NCBI GenBank assembly: GCA_044223005.1 | Contig: JBGAML010000001.1 | Location: 320,001 to 384,000 of the forward strand | DNA length: 64,000 bases | Reading direction: 5' to 3' | Source of the DNA: Candidatus Eiseniibacteriota bacterium | GTDB taxonomy: Bacteria; Eisenbacteria; RBG-16-71-46 | Shown here: in pieces, positions 57,526 through 64,000 of the stretch | Layout of the letters: each line of letters starts with the position of its first letter | How positions within the stretch are numbered: the first letter of the stretch is position 1 | Notes under the pieces: model-generated | Told to the model about the DNA's origin: nothing | Databases searched by the model: none | What the model saw: the letters and a program-made list of their open reading frames with translations, nothing else | Program-made: the position numbers and the translations under genes

Positions 57526-59130
57526 ATGTCGAAGCGCCCGCCGCACGTCGCCTACTTCTGCATGGAATACGGCCTTCACGAGTCCTTCCCGATCTACTCG
57601 GGCGGCCTCGGGATCCTGGCCGGTGACTTCATCAAGGCCGCCCAGGACCTGCGGCTGCCCATGGTCGCGGTCGGCCTGCTCTGGGCCCGCGGCTACTGCG
57701 TCCAGCGCATCGGCGCGGACGGACGGCCCTACGAGGAGTTCCCCGGCTTCTCCGCGGACTTCCTCCAGGACACCGGCGTCCGGGTGCGCGTGCGCGTCCG
57801 CGGGTCCGAGGTGCAGTGCCGCGTCTGGGTCACGCAGAAGTTCGGGCACATCCCGCTCTTCCTGATCGACCCGATCCGGCACGAGGACCGCTGGATCACG
57901 CACCGGCTCTACGAAGCCGGCACCGACACGCGCATCGCGCAGGAGATGCTGCTGGGCATCGGCGGCGTGCGCGCGCTGTCGTGGCTCGGCTACCCGATCG
58001 CGACCTACCACTTCAACGAGGGTCACGCCGTGTTCGCCGGGCTCGAGATGATCGCCGAGCACATGGAGTCCGGCATGCAGTTCCCGCAGGCGTGGGCCGA
58101 GGTGCGCCAGAAGATCGTCTTCACCACGCACACGCCGGTGAAGGCGGGCAACGAGGAGCACCAGATCAAGGACCTGCGCCGCATGGGTGCGTGCCTGCAG
58201 CTCTCCGGCGCCGAGATGCGGGCGATCGGCGGCGATCCGTTCAACATGACCGTGGCGGGCCTCCGGCTCGCGCGCGAGGCGAACGCCGTCGCGCAGCTGC
58301 ACGGCGAGACGTCGCGCGCCATGTGGGCGGGCGTCGAGAACGCCGCGCCGATCGGCGCGATCACGAACGGCGTGCACCAGCCGACGTGGCAGGCGCCCGA
58401 GATCCTCGCGGCGGGCAGCGACCCCGACAAGGTGTGGGCCGCGCACCTCAAGTGCAAGAACGCCCTGATCGACGAGATCGAGAACCGGCACGAGGTGCGG
58501 CTGGACCCGTCGAACCTGATCGTCGGCTTCGCGCGCCGGGCGGCGAGCTACAAGCGCAGCGACCTCATCCTGCGTGACGAGGCGCGGCTCGCGAAGCTGC
58601 TCGAGCGCGACAACGTGCGCATCGTGTTCGCCGGCAAGGCGCACCCCGACGACGCGACGGGCCGCAACATCGTCGCGCGGCTCGTGCAGGGCGCGCGCAA
58701 GCACCCCGGCAAGGTGTTCTTCCTCGAGAACTACGACATGTCCGTGGGCCGACTGCTGACGCGCGGCTGCGACGTGTGGCTGAACAACCCGATCCGCCCG
58801 CTCGAGGCGAGCGGGACTTCGGGCATGAAGGCGGCCATGAACGGCGTGCTCAACGTGAGCATCCTCGACGGCTGGTGGCCGGAGGGCTGCATCGACGGCG
58901 TCAACGGCTTCGCGATCGGCAAGGGCGAGCCCGGCGACGACGCGCGCGACCTCGAGGCGCTCTACGACTGCATGGAGAACCGCGTCCTGCCCGCGTGGAA
59001 GGACACGAAGCAGTGGCGCAAGATGATGGTCGCGAGCATCCAGATGGGCACGAAGGACTTCAGCTGCGAGCGGATGATCCGCGAGTACTTCGAGCGGTTG
59101 TATCATCTGGAGACCGCGGCGACGACGTAG
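57526..59130 (+). CDS. glgP: alpha-glucan (glycogen/maltodextrin) phosphorylase, short form
   Basis: AYFCMEYG, YSGGLGILAGD, HFNEGH, FTTHTP, ITNGVH, EASGTSGMKAAMNG (PLP Lys). Confidence 0.93.
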   Translation: MSKRPPHVAYFCMEYGLHESFPIYSGGLGILAGDFIKAAQDLRLPMVAVGLLWARGYCVQRIGADGRPYEEFPGFSADFLQDTGVRVRVRVRGSEVQCRVWVTQKFGHIPLFLIDPIRHEDRWITHRLYEAGTDTRIAQEMLLGIGGVRALSWLGYPIATYHFNEGHAVFAGLEMIAEHMESGMQFPQAWAEVRQKIVFTTHTPVKAGNEEHQIKDLRRMGACLQLSGAEMRAIGGDPFNMTVAGLRLAREANAVAQLHGETSRAMWAGVENAAPIGAITNGVHQPTWQAPEILAAGSDPDKVWAAHLKCKNALIDEIENRHEVRLDPSNLIVGFARRAASYKRSDLILRDEARLAKLLERDNVRIVFAGKAHPDDATGRNIVARLVQGARKHPGKVFFLENYDMSVGRLLTRGCDVWLNNPIRPLEASGTSGMKAAMNGVLNVSILDGWWPEGCIDGVNGFAIGKGEPGDDARDLEALYDCMENRVLPAWKDTKQWRKMMVASIQMGTKDFSCERMIREYFERLYHLETAATT

Positions 59131-59227
59131 CGAGGCGCTCCCGGGCCCGGCGAGCCGGACCCCGCATCGCCCGTCTCCGCGGTTCGCGGAGGCGGGCGAT
59201 CCCGTTCGCGACGGACCCGGAGGAACC

Positions 59228-60397
59228 ATGCCGCCCACGTCCAGCATCGCCGCCGTGCGCGGCGCCATCTCCGTCCCGAAGAACGACGCCGCCTCGATCC
59301 GGATCGCGACCTCGCGCCTGGTGACCGAGCTGATCGCGCGCAACGGCCTGACGCCCGACCGGATCGTGAGCGCGATCTTCACCGCGACGCCCGACCTGAC
59401 CGCGGACTTCCCCGCGCACGCCGCGCGCCGGCTGGGCTGGACCGACGCGCCGCTGCTCTGCGCGGCCGAGATCGCGGTGCCGGGTGCCCCGCCGCGCATC
59501 GTGCGCGTGCTGGTCACGGTGCGCGACGTGCCGCGCGGGCGGAAGCTGGTGCCGGTCTACCTGGACGAGGCGGTGTCGCTGCGGCGCGACCTCGCGCACC
59601 CGTCCGACGCGACGGGCGGCCCGCATCGCGACGCGACGACGCTGCGCCGCGTGGCGATCGTCGGCCTCGGCCAGATCGGCGGCTCGCTCGGGCTCGCGCT
59701 GGGCCGCACGGGCGCGTGGCACCGCACGGGCTGCGACGCCCGCGTGGCGAACGCGCGCGCGGCGCTGGCCGCGGGCGCGGTGGACGAGGTGGCGCTCTCG
59801 GTCGAGGCGGCGTGCGCGGACGCGGAACTGATCGTGCTCGCGGCCCCGGTGGACGCACTGCCGGCGCTGGTGGCGCGCGCGGCCGCGGCGGCGAACAAGG
59901 GCGCGGTGCTGCTCGACACGGGCAGCGCGCGGCGCGGCATCACCGAGGCGCTGCGCGCGGCGCACGCGGGCGGCGTGCGCGCCTGCGGGGGGCATCCGCT
60001 CGCGGGCAACGAGGGCCGCGGCCTGCGCGCCGCCCGCGCGGACCTGTTCGACGGCGCGCCGTTCGTGCTGCTGCCGGCGGCGGGCCGCGTGCCGCCGCTG
60101 GCACGCGCGCTGGTGCGCGACGTGGGGGCGCAGCCGCTGGTGGTGGACGCGCGCACGCACGACGCGGCGCTGGCGCGCACGAGCCACCTGCCGTACGTGC
60201 TGGCGCGGGCGCTCGCGCGTGTGGGCGGCGCGGCAGCGCGGCGGCGGCTCGCGGGGCCGGGCTTCGCGAGCGCGACGCGGCTCGCGGCGAGCGATCCGCG
60301 GATGGCGCTGGCGTACGTGCGGGCGAACGGGGCGAACGTGCGGGTGGCGTGGAGGCTGTTGCGCGCGGAGATCGAGCGGGAGCTGAAGGGGCTGTAG
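59228..60397 (+). CDS. AroH-class chorismate mutase fused to prephenate dehydrogenase
   Basis: N-term AVRGAISV...IFTATPDLTADFPA...RVL...VYL...LRRDL; C-term IVGLGQIGGS, DTGSAR, GGHPLAGNE, HDAALARTSHLP, TRLAASDP. Confidence 0.87.
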   Translation: MPPTSSIAAVRGAISVPKNDAASIRIATSRLVTELIARNGLTPDRIVSAIFTATPDLTADFPAHAARRLGWTDAPLLCAAEIAVPGAPPRIVRVLVTVRDVPRGRKLVPVYLDEAVSLRRDLAHPSDATGGPHRDATTLRRVAIVGLGQIGGSLGLALGRTGAWHRTGCDARVANARAALAAGAVDEVALSVEAACADAELIVLAAPVDALPALVARAAAAANKGAVLLDTGSARRGITEALRAAHAGGVRACGGHPLAGNEGRGLRAARADLFDGAPFVLLPAAGRVPPLARALVRDVGAQPLVVDARTHDAALARTSHLPYVLARALARVGGAAARRRLAGPGFASATRLAASDPRMALAYVRANGANVRVAWRLLRAEIERELKGL

Positions 60398-60438
60398 TCT
60401 CGCGCGCGCGCGACTCGACCCTCGGGCGACGCGGCCGG

Positions 60439-60742
60439 GGCTCCGGCGAGCTCCCGTGCTCGCCCGGGACCCGTCGCTCCATTCCCGACCCGAGAGTCCC
60501 ATCCCCACGCTCTCGCCCAGGCTGTGCGCGGGACTCGCCTGCGCCCCGGCCGCTGCGGCGGCGTGTGGAGAGGCGAGTCCGCGGTGGCGTGACGGCGCTG
60601 GCGCGACGCGCGCGAGGCTCCGGCGAGCTCCCGTGCTCGCCCGGGACCCGTCGCTCCCCTCCCGACCCGAGAGTCCCATCCCCGCGCTCTCGCCCAGGCT
60701 GTGCGCGGGACTTGCCTGCGCCTCGCACGCTGCGTTGGCGTG
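60439..60742. repeat. two-copy structured tandem repeat (about 127-bp units, period 177 bp)
   Basis: 60439-60565 vs 60616-60742 are nearly identical over the first ~107 bp. Confidence 0.9.
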
Positions 60743-60859
60743 GGGGCGCTTGCTTCGCTCGCGCCTCGCAGGCTGCGGTGACAGGCGGGTAGCGAGACTC
60801 CCTTTATGAGGGATTCGCCTTTGGGCTTTGGCCCTGGCCTTCGCGTGGTGCGGGCTCGG

Positions 60860-61336
60860 CTACTCCTTCACCGGGATGCGGTTCAGGATCGCGATGTACT
60901 CGTCGGGCAGCTTGTGGTGGCGGGCTCCGGCGAGGATCGCGTCGAGGTAGCGGCGCGAGGGCGGCGAGGCGTTGGTCACGCGCGGGACGTAGTACTCCGC
61001 GCGAACGCGGCGCGGGATCGAGCCGTCGTCGGGGCGCGTGAGTTCCACCCAGACGCGTTCGCGTTCGTAGAGGTTGTGGTCGTCGCCGGGGCCCACGAAG
61101 CCCTCGTACTGGTCGAGCGCCGCGACGTGTTCGTCGGTCAGCTCGTAGACCACGCCCCAGACGTTCTGCCCGTGCGCGACCTGCACGCCGGCCACGCCGC
61201 CGTCCCAGTCGGGCGAGGTCAGCGGAAAGGCCAGCTTGTGGTCGCGCAGCACGGCCATGCCCACCACCTTGTTGCCGGGGCAACGGCGGGCCATCTGTTC
61301 GGGATTCAGGTTGGATCCAAACGCGAAATAGAGCAT
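60860..61336 (-). CDS. gamma-glutamylcyclotransferase family protein
   Basis: LYFAFGSNL, VWGVVYEL, LDQYEG, PSRRYLDAILAGA. Confidence 0.9.
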   Translation of the reverse strand: MLYFAFGSNLNPEQMARRCPGNKVVGMAVLRDHKLAFPLTSPDWDGGVAGVQVAHGQNVWGVVYELTDEHVAALDQYEGFVGPGDDHNLYERERVWVELTRPDDGSIPRRVRAEYYVPRVTNASPPSRRYLDAILAGARHHKLPDEYIAILNRIPVKE

Positions 61337-61511
61337 CGAGTCTCCGTGGGCCAGGGCGGCGAAAGCACCTGCAGCATAGCCCAAGGCGGCGTTCCCCGTC
61401 GCGCGGCCCGGGTCCCGGGCCGGTGCCCCGGACGCTCCGCCGGGCGTGGCTTATAGTGCCTGCGACCCGCCCCACCGCGACCTCGAACCGACGAATCTGG
61501 AGATCCGAACG

Positions 61512-62240
61512 ATGCCCGTGGACATCCTCGCCTTCGGCCCGCATCCCGACGATGCGGAGATCGGCGCCGGCGGCGTGCTGCGCAAGATGAAGGACCGTGG
61601 ACACACCACCGGCATCGTGGACATGACGACGGGCGACATGGGCTGGGGCACGCCGGAGATCCGCGCCGGCGAGAGCGCCGCGGCCGCGAAGCTGCTGCGG
61701 CTCGATGTGCGCGAGAACCTCGATCTCGGCGATTGCCGCATCGAGGACACGTTCGAGAACCGCTGCAAGGTCGCGGGCATGATCCGCAGGCACCGGCCCA
61801 AGATCGTGCTCTCGCCGTACTACCAGCTGCCGATCGGGCGCGGGCTCGGGCACAACGACCACTACAAGACCGGCCAGATCGTCGCGAACGCGTACAACCT
61901 CGCGCACCTCTCCAAGGCGCCCGTCGAGGGCGAGCCGTTCCAGGCGCTCGGGATCTACTTCTATTTCATCCCGCCGGGCACGATGCCGACGTTCATCGTC
62001 GACATCAGCGACTGGGTGAGCGATTGGCTCGACGCCGTGGACTGCCACCAGAGCCAGTTCTATCACCCCGACCGGCCGCGGCCCACGCACCTGCCGCACC
62101 CGCGTGAGGCGTTCGAGTCGAACGCGCGCTACTGGGGCTGGCAGATCGGCGCCAAGTTCGGGCAGGCGTTCATCGCGACGAGCCCGCTCAAGGTCGACGA
62201 CCCGCTCTCGCTGGTGGAACACGTCCAGCCGCGGCCCTGA
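61512..62240 (+). CDS. bshB1: PIG-L family deacetylase, BshB1-like
   Basis: ILAFGPHPDDAEIG, VDMTTGDMG, HNDH, FIVDISD, HQSQF. Confidence 0.8.
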   Translation: MPVDILAFGPHPDDAEIGAGGVLRKMKDRGHTTGIVDMTTGDMGWGTPEIRAGESAAAAKLLRLDVRENLDLGDCRIEDTFENRCKVAGMIRRHRPKIVLSPYYQLPIGRGLGHNDHYKTGQIVANAYNLAHLSKAPVEGEPFQALGIYFYFIPPGTMPTFIVDISDWVSDWLDAVDCHQSQFYHPDRPRPTHLPHPREAFESNARYWGWQIGAKFGQAFIATSPLKVDDPLSLVEHVQPRP

Positions 62241-62250
62241 CCGGAGCGCC

Positions 62251-63009
62251 GTGCGCGCCTCACGTCCCGCGCCGGCCCGCGGGATGGCGGCGTGCGCCGT
62301 GCTCGCGCTCGCGCTGTTCGCGCCACCGCGATGCGGCGCGGCCGTCGCGGGGCCGGCGGCACGCGTCGAAGCGCTCGAGCGCGCGTACGCCGGGCACCTG
62401 CTGCTCGCGCGCCCGGATCTCGCCTACACGTACGGCGTGACGCGCGCGGCCGACCGGCTCGCGCCGCTCACCGAGGCCACGCTCGCGCGCGACGCGGCGA
62501 CGCTCGACTCGCTGCAGGCGGCGGCGGACGCGATCGACCCGGCCACGCTCGGTCCCGGCGCCCGGGCGCGCCGCGACACGCTGCGGGCGCGGATCGCGCG
62601 CGAGGCCGCGCCGCTGCGCGCGGGGCTCTGGCGCACGTCGGCCGCCGCGTACCTCGGCTTCGCAAACGAGGCGATCCTCGCGGTCGCCCGCACCCCACGT
62701 ACCTCGCCGTGCGAGCGGGCGCGCCGTGCCACGGGCCGGCTGCGCGCGCTGCCCGAGCTGCTGCGCTCGGCGCAGGTCAACCTGCGCGACGCGTCGCACG
62801 AGGATCCGGGCGCGGAGGCCGCGCCGTGGCTCGTGGCGATGGACAGCCTGCGCACGGCGCTGCCCGCGCGCGTCGTCGAATGCCGCGAGCCGGAGCGATA
62901 CGCCGATTTCGTCGAGGCGGACAGCCTCGCGCTGGGTGCGATCGCGCGGTTCGTGCGCTTCCTGCACGAGAATGCGGAACTCCGGACGATTCCCGCGCGT
63001 ACTCGCTGA
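62251..63009 (+). CDS. exported hypothetical protein resembling only the N-terminus of DUF885 proteins
   Basis: Signal-like segment; RPDLAYTYGV...DRL, RLRALPELL..AQVNL; start uncertain. Confidence 0.5.
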   Translation: MRASRPAPARGMAACAVLALALFAPPRCGAAVAGPAARVEALERAYAGHLLLARPDLAYTYGVTRAADRLAPLTEATLARDAATLDSLQAAADAIDPATLGPGARARRDTLRARIAREAAPLRAGLWRTSAAAYLGFANEAILAVARTPRTSPCERARRATGRLRALPELLRSAQVNLRDASHEDPGAEAAPWLVAMDSLRTALPARVVECREPERYADFVEADSLALGAIARFVRFLHENAELRTIPARTR

Positions 63010-63051
63010 CCGGATCGCGCGCGCTGGAACGGCTCGTGCATGTTTCGGTGG

Positions 63052-63081
63052 TTGACCCGCGCGCGGAAGGTTGACTAGATT
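63052..63081 (+). promoter_or_regulatory. putative sigma70 promoter
   Basis: TTGACC, 18 bp, TAGATT upstream of the peptidase gene. Confidence 0.45.
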
Positions 63082-63158
63082 CGCGCGGATGTAACGGCCG
63101 ATACCAAGGATGGTGTTCGGTACCGCCCCGCGAGGGGCGCCGATGGAGAGGAGTCCCG

Positions 63159-64000
63159 ATGTTCCGTGCCCGTCGCATGCTGGGCGTGCTCGCCCTGAGC
63201 GCCCTGCTGGTGGTCCCGGCCACGATGGCCGAAGCCGCCACCCACAAGACCCCGGTGAAGTCGTCGCGCGCGCACACCAGCGTGTCGCGCGCCAAGACCA
63301 CCCGTGGCAAGACCGCTCGCAAGGGCGCCGTCACCACGCGCCGCTCCGGCCGCGGCCGCCGTGCGCGCCACCTCGCGCCGCCCCCGGGGGGCGTGTACTC
63401 GCGCAACGCGATCCTGGTCGACCCGTCGACCGGCAAGGTGCTGTTCGAGAAGAACGCCGGGAGAAGCGTCCCGATCGCGAGCCTGACCAAGCTCATGACC
63501 GCGCTCGTGTTCCTCGAGCAGAAGCCCGATCTCTCGCGCGACGTCGAAGTGACGCAGGCGGAGCTCCAGGGTGCCGGGCACACGCAGCTGCGCAACCACG
63601 AGGTCGTCGCGCTCGGAGACCTGCTGCACATGAGCCTCATGTGCTCGGACAACGTCGCCACGCGCGTGCTCGCGCGCGAATCCGGCCTCGAGGGCGCCGC
63701 GTTCGTGGCGCGCATGAACCGCAAGGCCGACGAGCTCGGCCTCGAGGGCACGCAGTTCGTCGAGTTCACCGGGCTCGACGAACGCAACGTCTCCACCGCG
63801 GCCGGCGTCGCTCGCATGCTGCACGCGGCCGCGCACCAGCCGCTGATCCAGCAGATCACCACGACGCGCGAGTACGAGTTCCGCACCGAGTCGCGCGTGC
63901 ACGCGATCCGCAACACGGACCGGCTGCTCTACGGGCACTGGGACGTCCTGGGCGGCAAGACCGGCTTCATCTCCGAGGCCGGCTACTGCTTCGCGACGTG
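63159..64000 (+). CDS. D-alanyl-D-alanine peptidase, S11 family (PBP7/PbpG-like), partial
   Basis: My translation from ATG 63159 after GAGAGGAG: signal peptide, PIASLTK (SxxK), SDN, GGKTG; runs off window end. Confidence 0.9.
   Translation, partial: MFRARRMLGVLALSALLVVPATMAEAATHKTPVKSSRAHTSVSRAKTTRGKTARKGAVTTRRSGRGRRARHLAPPPGGVYSRNAILVDPSTGKVLFEKNAGRSVPIASLTKLMTALVFLEQKPDLSRDVEVTQAELQGAGHTQLRNHEVVALGDLLHMSLMCSDNVATRVLARESGLEGAAFVARMNRKADELGLEGTQFVEFTGLDERNVSTAAGVARMLHAAAHQPLIQQITTTREYEFRTESRVHAIRNTDRLLYGHWDVLGGKTGFISEAGYCFAT

Noticed and set aside
60439..60742. CRISPR array
   Set aside because: Only two units of >100 bp and no cas genes in the window

Overview
A very GC-rich bacterial chromosomal segment from a diderm organism, densely coding with about 55 genes. 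FlgD-Ig-like and 'TWGQLKSLYR' C-terminal tails on secreted proteins suggest a Ca. Eisenbacteria/FCB-like lineage (inference). Most genes are ordinary housekeeping or accessory: ECF sigma end, MscS-like channel, DsbD, YyaL, SbcCD/YhaON-like nuclease pair, TetR-regulated RND pump, SppA, Nth, amidohydrolases, LysC, PabB/PabC, GGDEF, a BoxB-like diiron protein, glucan phosphorylase, an AroH-TyrA fusion, BshB1 and a PBP7-like peptidase. I saw no rRNA, tRNA, CRISPR array, integrase or transposase. The most unusual signal is non-coding architecture. (1) Two visibly AT-richer secreted NHL-repeat genes with the same C-terminal tail are each bracketed by direct duplications of a local hairpin: 34 bp exact at one locus; about 150 bp imperfect plus a 50 bp exact repeat that also encloses a secreted GH13 gene at the other. 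This looks like cassette-like gene insertion at terminators. (2) A three-copy, fixed-length 56-bp palindrome family, one copy a perfect spacer-less 58-bp palindrome. (3) A 274-bp cruciform MITE-like element with a degenerate end copy that supplies a stop codon. (4) A 177-bp-period structured tandem repeat. Family calls come from motif recognition by eye, not from database searches.
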